The translations under genes were made by a program, and so were the position numbers. Positions 1 through 8,966 of a stretch of DNA of 46,261 bases are shown here, one piece after another. The DNA comes from Thermoplasmata archaeon (GTDB taxonomy: Archaea > Thermoplasmatota > Thermoplasmata > Lutacidiplasmatales > UBA184): NCBI GenBank assembly GCA_030039715.1, contig JASHVA010000033.1:1-46261 (forward strand). Direction: 5' to 3'. The notes beneath the pieces were generated by a model, which worked only from the letters and a program-made list of their open reading frames with translations, was not told the DNA's origin and did not search any database. Numbering within the stretch: position 1 is the stretch's first letter; each line of letters begins with the position of its first letter.

Positions 1-850
1 TGGCGCGCGAGCGGGCCGGCCGCGAGCACCTCCTCGAGGTCCTCGTAGGTCGGGCGGTCGGTCTTGTAGAAGAGACCGATCGGGATCTTGTCGCCCCACT
101 CGAGCGCCCGCTGCCACGCCGCGACGATGTCGCTCGGGTCGTGGCCGGCGCTCTCGAGCTTGTAGACGCGCTGGCGGAAGAAGTCGAACGTGTTGAGTTT
201 GTTGTAGGTCACGCACGGGCTGAAGACGTCCACGAAAGCGAAGCCGCGGTGCTGGATCCCGGCGACGATGAGGTCGGTCAGCTGCTTCACGTCGCCCGAG
301 AATCCGCGGGCGATGTACGTCGCGCCGCTCGCGAGGGCGAGCGCGATCGGGTCGATGGGGTGTTCGATGACGCCGGTCGGTGTCGACTTCGTCTTCTGCC
401 CCATCATCGACGTCGGGCTCGCCTGGCCGGTCGTGAGCCCGTAGATCTGGTTGTCCATCGTGACGTAGGTGAGGTCGACGTTCCGGCGCATCGCGTGGAC
501 GAAGTGGCCGGCCCCGATGCCGAAGCCGTCGCCGTCGCCGCCCGTTCCGATCACCGTCAGGCCGTGGTTGGCCCACCGGATCCCCTCCGCGACGGGGAGC
601 GCCCGGCCGTGGATGGCGTGGAATCCGTAGGAGGAGAGGAAGTGCGGCAGGTTGGACGAGCAACCGATGCCCGAGACGATCACCACGTCGTACGGCGGGA
701 TCTGAAGGCGCTTCACCGCGCTCTCCACCGCCGCGACGACGCCGAAGTCACCGCAGCCGGGACACCAGGTCGGCTTTGTGTCCGACTTCCCGATCACGGG
801 GAGTGCGGGGCCCCCCGGAACGACCGCCGGGCGAGCGGAGCTATCGGCCA
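1..850 (-). CDS. korB: 2-oxoacid:ferredoxin oxidoreductase beta subunit (TPP-binding); 3' end cut by the window edge
   Basis: Absent from the ORF track because it runs off the window. My translation from ATG at 850 reads MADSSARPAVVPG..TKPTWCPGCGDFGVV..GIGCSSN..GTGGDGDGFGIGAGHF..MDNQIYGLTTGQ, giving the KorB/PorB Cys motif and the GDG TPP motif. The ATG overlaps the korA stop (841-850). Confidence 0.9.
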
Positions 851-2592
851 TGGTTCAGCATCTCCAGTGCGCGCGCCACGATCTCGTGGGGATAGAACGG
901 TTCGCCATCGTACTTGAGGAGGTGCTCCGAGAGGTGCACGCCGGTCTCGGCGCGGACGAGGCGTCCGAACTGACCGGAGTAGTTCGCCTCCACGAGGAGG
1001 GTCCGCCGCGCCTTCGCGAGCTCGGAACGGACCCGGTCCGCGTCGAGCGGATAGACCGTCGGGAACCGGAGGAGGTTCGTCGACCGGCCCTGGGCGTCGA
1101 GCACGGTCCGCGCGTCGCGCACGGCGCCGATCGTCGAGCCCCAGGCCACGAACGTGAGGTCGGCGCCCGCGGGTCCTTCCCAGACCGGGGGCTCGGTCGT
1201 CGCGGCGAGGCCGTGGAGCTTGCGCATCCGCTTCTCCATCATCCGCGCGCGCTCGGTCACCCAGATCGGGATGCCGGACTTGACGTCGGAGACGAGGTGG
1301 CCCTTCTCGTCGTGCTCGTCGGAGCCCGCGACGAACTGAAGGCCGGGCTGGCCGGGGAGCGCGCGCGGCGACACGCCGGACTCCGTGTAGAGGTAGCGCT
1401 TGTAGTCGTGCCCGTTCGGCTCCACGGTGAAGAGCGACGGGACGGCGATGTCGGTCGGGAGCTCCTCTCGGTCGACCGTCATCATGTTCTCGGAGAGATG
1501 GAGGTCGCTCGCGACGAGGATCGGCGTCTGCCAGGCCTCGGCGAGCTCGAAGGCGCGGATCGTCGCGCGGTAGGCGTCGGCCGCATGGGACGGAGCGAGG
1601 ATCGCCCGGGGGAACTCGCCCTGGCCGGCCCCGAGCATCAGGTTGAGGTCTCCCTGCTCGGTCTTCGTCGGGAGTCCGGTCGACGGGCCCGAGCGCTGCG
1701 ACTCGACCACAACCAGCGGGGTCTCCGTCATGCCCGCCATCCCGAGCGCTTCGACCATCAGCGAGAAGCCCCCGCCGCTGGTCGCGGTCATCGCGCGGAC
1801 CCCTCCGAACGAGGCGCCGATCGCCATGTTGATCGCGGCGAGCTCGTCCTCGGCCTGCTTCACGACCACCCCGAGCGCCTGGGAGTGCGCCGCCATCCAG
1901 TGCATGATCGAGGACGCCGGGGTCATCGGGTACTGGGCGAGGAACTTACAACCCGCGGCGGCCGCGCCGAGAGCGATCGCGGCGTTGCCGTTCAGGAGCA
2001 GCTTCGGCGCGCCGCGCTTCGAGATCGCGTGGTCGCTCGCCCCGGCGTGGGTCTTCGCGAACTCGTAGCCGGCGGCGCTCGCCCCGAGGTTCCAGTCGAC
2101 GACCTCACCGGCCTTGCGACCGAAGGAGTCCTTGAGGACCTCGTGCAGGAGGTCGAGCGGGATGCCGGCGAGATAGGCCGAAGCGCCCATGCCCGCGGCG
2201 TTCTGAAGGATCGATTGGCTCGTGTACTTCCGAGCGAATTCGAGGGTCGGGACGCCGAGCGACTTCACTCCCACGGGGAGCTCGCTCTCCGCCAGCTGGA
2301 ATTTCTCGGGGTCGTAGACGACCGTGCCGCCGCGCCGGAGCGACGGGGCATGGACCTGGACCGTCTGCTTGTCGAGGGCGTAGAGGACGTCCGCCTCATC
2401 CCCCTGCGAGTACGGGCGCCCGTCGGACGTGCGGGCCTGGAACCAGACGTGCCCGCCGCGGATCACCGACTGATAGGCGTTGAGCCCGAAGACGTGCCAG
2501 CCCATCCGGGAGAAGCATCGGGAGATCGTCTCCCCGATCGAGGCGATGCCGTCACCGGCTTGCCCGCCGGCACGCACAGCGAGATCGGTCAC
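841..2592 (-). CDS. korA: 2-oxoacid:ferredoxin oxidoreductase alpha subunit
   Basis: 583-aa ORF starting MTDLAVRAGGQAGDGIASIGE..GLNAYQSVIRGGHVW, the typical KorA N-terminus. It is translationally coupled to korB. A TATA-like GTATTAAT sits about 25-30 nt upstream (2617-2624). Confidence 0.93.
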   Translation of the reverse strand: MTDLAVRAGGQAGDGIASIGETISRCFSRMGWHVFGLNAYQSVIRGGHVWFQARTSDGRPYSQGDEADVLYALDKQTVQVHAPSLRRGGTVVYDPEKFQLAESELPVGVKSLGVPTLEFARKYTSQSILQNAAGMGASAYLAGIPLDLLHEVLKDSFGRKAGEVVDWNLGASAAGYEFAKTHAGASDHAISKRGAPKLLLNGNAAIALGAAAAGCKFLAQYPMTPASSIMHWMAAHSQALGVVVKQAEDELAAINMAIGASFGGVRAMTATSGGGFSLMVEALGMAGMTETPLVVVESQRSGPSTGLPTKTEQGDLNLMLGAGQGEFPRAILAPSHAADAYRATIRAFELAEAWQTPILVASDLHLSENMMTVDREELPTDIAVPSLFTVEPNGHDYKRYLYTESGVSPRALPGQPGLQFVAGSDEHDEKGHLVSDVKSGIPIWVTERARMMEKRMRKLHGLAATTEPPVWEGPAGADLTFVAWGSTIGAVRDARTVLDAQGRSTNLLRFPTVYPLDADRVRSELAKARRTLLVEANYSGQFGRLVRAETGVHLSEHLLKYDGEPFYPHEIVARALEMLNHGR

Positions 2593-2683
2593 GATCGCTT
2601 CGACTCCGTCGTGCGTATTAATCGGTTGTGCGGACGCGCGACCGAGGGCAACCCTTAGACGACCGACGGAGTGCCGGACCGAG

Positions 2684-2941
2684 ATGCCGCGACCGGTGCG
2701 CGTCCTGCTCTTCGCGACGGCGCGTACCGCCGTCGGGAAGTCGGAGCTCGCCTGGAACGTCCCCCCCGCGGGGATTCCGGCCTCGGCGCTCGCGGAGGAG
2801 CTCGCCCGGGCCTACCCCAAGCTCGCCCCGACGCTCCGGGTCAGCCGGCTCGTCCGCAACGGCCACCCGATCGAGCGGCCGAACCTGCGGGTCCGCCCGG
2901 GCGACGAGTTCGCGATCCACCCGCCGTACGGAGGGGGATGA
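2684..2941 (+). CDS. moaD: MoaD/ThiS-family small sulfur carrier (SAMP-like), C-terminal GG
   Basis: Internal ATG at 2684 of track ORF 2480..2941. The 85-aa product MPRPVRVLLFATARTAVG...IHPPYGGG ends in Gly-Gly. Its stop overlaps the moaE ATG (ATGA at 2938-2941). Confidence 0.8.
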   Translation: MPRPVRVLLFATARTAVGKSELAWNVPPAGIPASALAEELARAYPKLAPTLRVSRLVRNGHPIERPNLRVRPGDEFAIHPPYGGG

Positions 2942-3384
2942 GCGGCTCGTTGCGACTGACCCGGCGCCCTCTCTCCTTCTCCGCGGCCGGCCGAGCGCTT
3001 CTCGGGCCCGACCTGGGCGGAGTCGTCCTCTTCGCGGGTCGGGTCCGTGCGGAACGCTCGGGCTCCGGCCGCGTCTCCGCCCTGGAGTACGAGGTGCACC
3101 TCGGGCCGGCGCTCGCCGTCATGCATCGCCTCGACCGCGAGGCGCGAGCCCGTTACGGCGTGGAACGGACGGTGCTCTGGCACCGGGTCGGCCGAGTTCC
3201 GGCGGGCGAGATCTCGGTCATCGCGGGCGCGGCGGCCGGACACCGGGCGCCGGCGTTCGCCGCCGCGCGGTTCCTGATCGACGAGCTGAAGCGGACGGTG
3301 CCGATCTGGAAGACGGAACGAGCACGACCCGCGCGTCGACCGCGACGACCCCCTCGCCCTGCGGCCGCACGATCACCGGATTGA
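2938..3384 (+). CDS. moaE: Molybdopterin synthase catalytic subunit MoaE
   Basis: Internal ATG at 2938 in track ORF 2671..3384. Sequence GGVVLFAGRVR...LEYEVH...VLWHRVGRVPAGEISVIAGAAAGHRAPAFAAARFLIDELKRTVPIWKTE matches the MoaE signature. An R/P-rich tail follows. Confidence 0.85.
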   Translation: MSGSLRLTRRPLSFSAAGRALLGPDLGGVVLFAGRVRAERSGSGRVSALEYEVHLGPALAVMHRLDREARARYGVERTVLWHRVGRVPAGEISVIAGAAAGHRAPAFAAARFLIDELKRTVPIWKTERARPARRPRRPPRPAAARSPD

Positions 3385-5437
3385 GGTCGAGCTCCACGAC
3401 CTCGGGCAGCTCCACCGCCAGTTGAGAGACCCGTTCGATCGCCTCCGTGAGCGCGCCGAGGTCGCTCGCCCGTTCGCCGCGCACTCCGCGGAGGAGGGGA
3501 TACGACCGGATCGACTCGATCATGTGCTGTGCGCCGAGCGGTCGGACGGGGGCGAGCCGGAACGTGACGTCGTGCAGGACCTCGACGTAGATCCCCCCCG
3601 TACCGAAGACCACGACCGGGCCGAAGCCGGGGTCCCGCTGGATCCCGAGCAGCACCTCCTTGCCGCCCCGGATCTCCGCCTCGACCTCGAATCCCGCGAT
3701 GCGGGCCCCGGGCGCGCGGCGCGCGAGCGAACTCCTCATCCGTTCGAACGCGGCCGCAAGCGCCCCCGCGTCCTCGATGCCGAGGGCCACGCCGCCCACC
3801 TCCGTCTTGTGCGAGATGTCGGGCGACGCGACCTTGAGCACGACCGGGTAACCGATCGCGCGGGCCCCCTCCCGCGCCGCGTCGAGCGTCCGGACGCGCC
3901 GGCTCTCGGGGAACCGGAGCCCGTACGCCCCGAGCAGGGCGCGGGCCGAGTACTCCGGCAGCACGAGCTCACCGGCCTTACGCGCCCGGCGGAGCGCCGC
4001 GCGGACGGCCGCACGGTCGACCGGGAAGGATCGGACCTCGGTGCGGCGGCGCGACGCCCAGGCACGGTACCGGGCGAGGCTGCCGAGCCCCTGCACCGCC
4101 TCCTCGGGGAACGTGAACGTCGGGACCCCATGCGCCTCGAGGTCCCCGACCTCCTGCGAGAGGTCCGTGAGCCCGAAGAGGCACGCCGTCACCGCCTTGC
4201 GGCTCGAACCCCGGGCGGAGAGGATCGCCCGGGCCGTCGCCTCGGCCGTCAACGTGCCCGTGGGGGTCGCGATCACGAGGGCTCCGTCGACCGTGGGCTC
4301 GCGCAGGAGACGGCCCAGTGCGTCGGCGAACTGGGCCGGGCTCGCGTCCGCGGTCATGTCGACCGGGTTCGCCACGGACGCCGACGGGGAGAGCCGACGG
4401 GCGAGCGCGGCCCGCACCCGGGCGGAGAGCGGCGGCAGCTCGAGATGCTGTCGGGCGGCCGCGTCGGCGGCGACGATCCCGGGGCCTCCCGAGTTCGTGA
4501 GCACCGCGAGCCGGGGCCCGTCGAGCCGGGCCCCCGAGGAGAAGACCTTCGCCATCCGGAAGAGGTCGCCGATCGTGTCGGCGCGCAGCACACCGGACTG
4601 CTCGAAGAGTGCGTCGTACAGCTGGTCGCGCCCCGACTGGGCGAGCGAACCGGTGTGGCTCTTCGCCGCACGCTCTCCGGCGGGGGTCCGGCCGCTTTTG
4701 ATCACGAGCACCGGCTTCGACTCGGTGACCTCGCGCGCGACGTCGAGGAACCGGCGGCCGTCGGAGAGGCTCTCCACGTACAGGAGGATCACGCGGGTCG
4801 CTGGGTCGCGCCCGAGGGAGACGAGCAGGTCGTTCTCGTCGATGCCCGCCCGGTTCCCGACCGAGACGAACCGGGAGAACCCGATCCGCTCCGCGACGCC
4901 GTAGCGAAGGATCCCGGCGCAGAGCGCCCCGCTCTGCGAGACGAAGGCGATGTTCCCGCGCGGCGGCAGGGTCTCGCTGAACGTGGCGTTCAGGCTGACC
5001 GCGGGGTCGGTGTTCAGCACCCCGAAGCAGTTCGGTCCGACGAGCGCCATGCCGTAGCGTCGCGCCCGCTCGACGAGCGCGGCCTCTCGGGCGACGCCGG
5101 CGCCGCCGATCTCGCCGAAACCGGAGGAGACGACGACGACCCCGCGCGTCCCCGCGACCCCGAGCTCGTCGACGACCTCGGGCACCTCGGGCGCCGGCAC
5201 GATCACGACCGCGAGCTCCGGCGCTTCGGGGAGGGCCCTCACGGACCGGTAGCACCGCACTCCCGAGACGCTCGACCACCGGGGATTCACCGGATACGCG
5301 ACGCCCCGGAAGCCGGCGGCGAGGACGTTGCGGAAGAGGCTCGCCCCGACAGTGCCCGGGCGGTTCGACGCCCCGATCACCGCCACGGACGCCGGGGCGA
5401 AGAGCTCGCCCAGGTCGCGGAACGTTCTCTCGCCCAT
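3218..5437 (-). CDS. ADP-forming acetyl-CoA synthetase (fused alpha/beta, NDP-forming acyl-CoA synthetase family)
   Basis: Real start is ATG at 5437 (MGERTFRDLGELFAPASVAVIGASNRPGTVG) inside the 1108-aa track ORF. It has CoA-binding, succinyl-CoA-synthetase-like and ATP-grasp parts (GPNCFGV.., SQSGAL, KSHTGSLA, VVLKVASPDISHKTEVGGV). Confidence 0.9.
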   Translation of the reverse strand: MGERTFRDLGELFAPASVAVIGASNRPGTVGASLFRNVLAAGFRGVAYPVNPRWSSVSGVRCYRSVRALPEAPELAVVIVPAPEVPEVVDELGVAGTRGVVVVSSGFGEIGGAGVAREAALVERARRYGMALVGPNCFGVLNTDPAVSLNATFSETLPPRGNIAFVSQSGALCAGILRYGVAERIGFSRFVSVGNRAGIDENDLLVSLGRDPATRVILLYVESLSDGRRFLDVAREVTESKPVLVIKSGRTPAGERAAKSHTGSLAQSGRDQLYDALFEQSGVLRADTIGDLFRMAKVFSSGARLDGPRLAVLTNSGGPGIVAADAAARQHLELPPLSARVRAALARRLSPSASVANPVDMTADASPAQFADALGRLLREPTVDGALVIATPTGTLTAEATARAILSARGSSRKAVTACLFGLTDLSQEVGDLEAHGVPTFTFPEEAVQGLGSLARYRAWASRRRTEVRSFPVDRAAVRAALRRARKAGELVLPEYSARALLGAYGLRFPESRRVRTLDAAREGARAIGYPVVLKVASPDISHKTEVGGVALGIEDAGALAAAFERMRSSLARRAPGARIAGFEVEAEIRGGKEVLLGIQRDPGFGPVVVFGTGGIYVEVLHDVTFRLAPVRPLGAQHMIESIRSYPLLRGVRGERASDLGALTEAIERVSQLAVELPEVVELDLNPVIVRPQGEGVVAVDARVVLVPSSRSAPSASARRSGTARRRTPAPGVRPPRPR

Positions 5438-5474
5438 CTCTCGAGCGCTCGTCGCGCTGTCGGACCGACCCCCG

Positions 5475-5482
5475 TTATATAG
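5475..5482. promoter_or_regulatory. Shared TATA-like element (TTATATAG) for the divergent acetyl-CoA synthetase and mrp genes
   Basis: The only AT-rich octamer in the 66-nt divergent spacer. Its centre lies about 26 nt from ATG 5504 (plus strand) and about 41 nt from ATG 5437 (minus strand). Confidence 0.5.
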
Positions 5483-5503
5483 CCCCCTCGGCGTCTTCGG
5501 CCG

Positions 5504-6379
5504 ATGGTCGCGACGTCCGGACCCGAACCGCACGGCCGGCCGACGTCGACCCCCACCCACAGCGGACCGACGCGGGGCCGGCCCGGCGGGGTGCTCCAGC
5601 GGATGGACAAGGGGCAGATCCAGCGCGTCATCGCGGTCGGGAGCGGTAAGGGCGGGGTCGGGAAGTCGAGCGTCACCGCGCTCCTCGCCGCGGAACTTCG
5701 CCGGCAGGGCCACACGGTGGGCATCCTCGACGCCGACATCACCGGCCCCTCGATCCCGAAGCTGCTCGGCATGCACGGGCCGCTCCGCGACGCGGGCGAG
5801 GGGATCGAGCCCGCCACCTCCCGCTCGGGGATCCCGGTCGTCTCCTCGCAGTTCATGGTGGAGGACGAGCAGGCGCCGGTGATCTGGCGCGGGCCGCTCG
5901 TGACGCGGCTGATCACGCAGTTCTTCGGCGGCGTCCACTGGGGGCCGCTCGACTACCTCCTCATCGACATGCCGCCGGGGACGAGCGATGTCCCGCTCAC
6001 GGTCTTCCAGACGATCCCGATCGACGGGATGGTGTTCGTCCTGACCCCGCAGGACCTCGCGGCGTTGATCGTGAAGAAGGCGATGAACATGGCCCGCGAC
6101 CTCCACGTCGCGCTCCTCGGCGTCGTGGAGAACATGTCCTGGATCGTCTGCCCGCATTGCGGGGAGCGGATCCCGCTCTTCGGCCCCGGCACCGTCGAGC
6201 GCGTCGGTCAGGAGTACGGGATCCCCGTGCTCGCGCGTCTCCCGCTCGCTCCCGCGATCTCCGAGCTCGCCGACGCCGGACGGGTCGACGAGTTCCAGTC
6301 GCCCGAACTGAAGGCGCTCGCCGAGGCCCTCGTCCGGAAGGTCGACGAGGTCACGAAGGGCTCGTCGACGGTGCTGTAG
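5504..6379 (+). CDS. mrp: Mrp/NBP35/ApbC-family Fe-S cluster carrier ATPase
   Basis: IAVGSGKGGVGKSSV deviant Walker A, DMPPGTSD, and CPHCGE (the CxxC of Mrp). A TATA-like TTATATAG lies at 5475-5482, about 26 nt upstream of ATG 5504, consistent with a leaderless start. Alternative ATG at 5603 (MDKGQIQRV). Confidence 0.9.
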   Translation: MVATSGPEPHGRPTSTPTHSGPTRGRPGGVLQRMDKGQIQRVIAVGSGKGGVGKSSVTALLAAELRRQGHTVGILDADITGPSIPKLLGMHGPLRDAGEGIEPATSRSGIPVVSSQFMVEDEQAPVIWRGPLVTRLITQFFGGVHWGPLDYLLIDMPPGTSDVPLTVFQTIPIDGMVFVLTPQDLAALIVKKAMNMARDLHVALLGVVENMSWIVCPHCGERIPLFGPGTVERVGQEYGIPVLARLPLAPAISELADAGRVDEFQSPELKALAEALVRKVDEVTKGSSTVL

Positions 6380-7064
6380 TCCCGCGCAACTGTCGGAACG
6401 GGATCGCCTCGGTCGGCACGCCGCGCCGACCCAGCGCCGCGCGCAGGCCCTCGACGTGCGCGTCCCCGACGACGACGGCCATGCGGCCGTACCCCCGGGC
6501 GCGCAGCGCGGCCAATCGCTCGGCCATGTGCTCGTTCCGCTCATCGAGCAGGACGTGGGCGACGGTCGGGCTCACCCGGCGCAGCTCGTCCGTGAACTCC
6601 TGAGGGGACTCCGCGTACCGGTCCATCTCCCGCTCCACGACGCGGGCGGGCACGAAGAGGGCGACCGCCGCCCCCACGACCAGGGCGACCCGCTCCTTGA
6701 ACGGCATCCGGCGCACGAGCTCGAGGAGCGTCGTCCGGATCGGGTCGTCGATCAGGAAGAGGGGCAGCGACCGTTCGCGCGCGAGGCGCGCGGCGACCTG
6801 CATCTCGGCGCCGGGCTCGCCGCCGCCGATCTCGGCGCCGAGGCGTCGCTGGACGTGCGCCCAGAGCCGCGCGAAGAGCGGGGCCCCGGCCGACCCGCGC
6901 GCGGGCCCGCCGCCGAAGAGGCTCGCCGCCCGCTCGGCATCGAGCTCGATCGCGACCCCGTCGAGCGTCCGCCCCGAGAGCGCTCGGCGGAGCGGCTCCT
7001 CGAGGTCGACGACGTGCGCGGCCCCGAGCAGGAGGACGGGGCTCTGGGTGGTCGAGGCGTACAC
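6351..7064 (-). CDS. TraB/PrgY-family protein
   Basis: 237 aa. N-terminal VLLLGAAHVV and C-terminal AVVVGDAHVEGL resemble the TraB-family GTAHVS / GxxH motifs. The 3' end overlaps mrp by 29 nt (convergent). Confidence 0.75.
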   Translation of the reverse strand: MYASTTQSPVLLLGAAHVVDLEEPLRRALSGRTLDGVAIELDAERAASLFGGGPARGSAGAPLFARLWAHVQRRLGAEIGGGEPGAEMQVAARLARERSLPLFLIDDPIRTTLLELVRRMPFKERVALVVGAAVALFVPARVVEREMDRYAESPQEFTDELRRVSPTVAHVLLDERNEHMAERLAALRARGYGRMAVVVGDAHVEGLRAALGRRGVPTEAIPFRQLRGTTAPSTSPS

Positions 7065-7147
7065 GCCCGTACGAGGCGGCCACCGCCTATCTCGCTTCGC
7101 CCCCGCTCCGGCAAAGCCCCAAATACCGAGCCGGGGTCGCCGGCCCG

Positions 7148-7450
7148 ATGGCCTGGACCCTCTTCTCCGTCCCCTCGACCCGTCGCAACGACCTCGACAT
7201 CGTCCTGAAGGACGACCAGCTCTCCCGTCAGAGCCAGAAGGTCCGGGAAGCCTCCTCCGCCGGCGGCCCCGCCGGCGCGCTCTACGTGCTGCTCGAGGGC
7301 TCGTCCGAGGCGATGCGCCGGGCCGACGAGCTCCTCGGCGCGGTCGGCACGAAGCTCCCGCCCGCCGAGGCCGAGCCCCTCTATCGACGGTTCAAGGAAG
7401 AGGAGGAGTCGGCGTCCGCGGGGATGGGCCTCTTCTTCACCGAGGAGTGA
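7148..7450 (+). CDS. Small hypothetical protein with an acidic C-terminus ending GMGLFF-TEE
   Basis: 100-aa ORF with coding-like composition. A TATA-like CAAATACC lies about 25 nt upstream. No family recognised. Confidence 0.55.
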   Translation: MAWTLFSVPSTRRNDLDIVLKDDQLSRQSQKVREASSAGGPAGALYVLLEGSSEAMRRADELLGAVGTKLPPAEAEPLYRRFKEEEESASAGMGLFFTEE

Positions 7451-7454
7451 CGGC

Positions 7455-8246
7455 TCAATCGCTCGCGGGGGCGTGGGACGGCTCGAGGTCCTCGCCGCCG
7501 CCGAAGACGCGCTGGGCCGACTGGTAGAACGGCTCGAGACCGCTGCCGTCCCGCGCGGACGTGGCGAGGAGCCCGGCGAGCGGCCCGAGCGACTCGATTG
7601 CGCGGAAGAGCTCGGTCGACAGCTGGACGTCCGGCGTCGGGGCGTCGCGCGTCACCGCGTCGTGCAGCTCACCGGGGTCCTCCGCCCAGCGCGTGAGCTC
7701 CCGGAGCTGCTCCGGCGTCAGCACGTCGGACTTCGTGAGCACGTTCAGCATCGGGAGCCGAAACCGGAACTCGACGGTCGCGCTCAGCATGAGGAGGGAG
7801 ACGAAGCCGGCGGCGTTGCGCGCGAGCGCGGGGTCGAAGAGGAACGCGACGAGCGAGCGGTCGCCGCTCAGCGCGTCGACGATCGCCTTCGACGCCTCGC
7901 GGAACGCGAACAGCTCGATCTGGCCCGGCGTGTCGACGAGGACGTAGTCGGTCTTCAGCTCCTCCACGGCCTGCTTCACGTCGAAGATCTTGAGCGCGAT
8001 CATGTCGGCCGCGGCGATCTGCGCGCCGTTCGGCCCCAGCCCGTACTCGTCCTGGAGGTCGTCGAGGCGGACCCACTCCCGGATGTCGACGTCGGGGTCG
8101 AGCGACGTCGACTCGCTCCCCGGGTCGAGGTTGACCACGGTGGTCTCGTAACCGGCCTGCTTCATCCAGTCGGCGAGCGCGCGCACGAACGTCGTCTTTC
8201 CCGCGCCCGCGGTGCCGGTGAAGTAGATCGTGCCGGGCTCGTCCAT
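7455..8246 (-). CDS. GPN-loop GTPase
   Basis: GTAGAGKTTF P-loop, NLDPG, the diagnostic GPNGA (GPN loop), DTPGQIE and TKSD. Confidence 0.9.
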   Translation of the reverse strand: MDEPGTIYFTGTAGAGKTTFVRALADWMKQAGYETTVVNLDPGSESTSLDPDVDIREWVRLDDLQDEYGLGPNGAQIAAADMIALKIFDVKQAVEELKTDYVLVDTPGQIELFAFREASKAIVDALSGDRSLVAFLFDPALARNAAGFVSLLMLSATVEFRFRLPMLNVLTKSDVLTPEQLRELTRWAEDPGELHDAVTRDAPTPDVQLSTELFRAIESLGPLAGLLATSARDGSGLEPFYQSAQRVFGGGEDLEPSHAPASD

Positions 8247-8248
8247 CG

Positions 8249-8548
8249 CTACTTCTTCGGCCCGCTCGGCCGGTGCTTCTTGAGATCGGCGGCGACCGCC
8301 CGGAGGAACTGGGTCTTCGTGACGCCGCCGCGCTTGACCACCCGCACGCGGCCGGCGTACGTGTAGAACCGTCGCGGGTACTGCTTCTCCGCCTCGACCT
8401 CGGCCTTGTAACCGAGTCGCCGGGCGGACTCGACGATCTCCTGCGCCGTCACTTCGACCAGGGCGTCGCCGTCGGGCAGACGGCGGCCGTCGCGCCGCGA
8501 GAGGCCCCGCCCGAGATAGGCCGGGTAGACGAAGAAATGGTCGGGCAT
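8249..8548 (-). CDS. srp19: Signal recognition particle protein SRP19
   Basis: 99 aa. MPDHFFVYPAYLGRGLSRRDGRR... is the typical archaeal SRP19 N-terminus. It lies 2 nt upstream of the GPN GTPase gene. Confidence 0.9.
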   Translation of the reverse strand: MPDHFFVYPAYLGRGLSRRDGRRLPDGDALVEVTAQEIVESARRLGYKAEVEAEKQYPRRFYTYAGRVRVVKRGGVTKTQFLRAVAADLKKHRPSGPKK

Positions 8549-8567
8549 CGGCCGACCTCGGCGGCGC

Positions 8568-8966
8568 TCACGCGGCCGCGTTCGGCGCGGCGACCCGGAC
8601 GCCGCTCAGGACGCCGTCCTGGCCGGGGCGCGAGCGGACACGGACGAGGCCGAGGTCGGTCTCGAGGATCGCGCCCTTCGTGATGATGTTCCGCTGGACG
8701 TAGTTGGGGTTCGCCGGATTCTCGCGGACGGTGATCACGTTCGCCCGCTGCGTCTTCTTGGTCGCCGGGTCGTAGACGTTGATCGTCCGAGTCGTCAGGA
8801 TCCGGAGCTTCACGTTCGCTCCGCGGACGCGGTACGGCTTCACCGTCCCGCTGCCGAGCGTCGCGTGCTGGAGCTCGCGCGAGATCTCGAACCGGCGCTT
8901 CTTGCGGATCGGACGGAGGCGTCCGCCGGTGCGCTTGCGCCGCGAGCGGCCCTGCCAGATCCCCAT
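8568..8966 (-). CDS. rps8e: 30S ribosomal protein S8e
   Basis: Internal ATG at 8966 of the 381-aa track ORF. MGIWQGRSRRKRTGG...VRGANVKLR...ANPNYVRNIITKGAI-type sequence, 132 aa. A TATA-like element at about 9000-9006 lies 35-40 nt upstream. Confidence 0.92.
   Translation of the reverse strand: MGIWQGRSRRKRTGGRLRPIRKKRRFEISRELQHATLGSGTVKPYRVRGANVKLRILTTRTINVYDPATKKTQRANVITVRENPANPNYVQRNIITKGAILETDLGLVRVRSRPGQDGVLSGVRVAAPNAAA

Noticed and set aside
778-2658. 626-aa plus-strand ORF (and 141..917) opposite korA/korB
   Set aside because: Its Arg/Gly/Asp/Glu/Pro-rich composition has no motifs. It is exactly antisense to a strongly recognisable KorA/KorB, which is a typical GC-rich shadow ORF.
3422-5482. 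686-aa plus-strand ORF and several nested ORFs (3978..5279 minus strand, 4041..4904 plus strand)
   Set aside because: Antisense or alternate-frame to the acetyl-CoA synthetase gene. The products are R/P/G/D-rich low complexity.
5438-6544. Upstream 369 codons of the 1108-aa track ORF 3218..6544
   Set aside because: The conserved synthetase N-terminus begins at ATG 5437. The extension is antisense to mrp and is low complexity.
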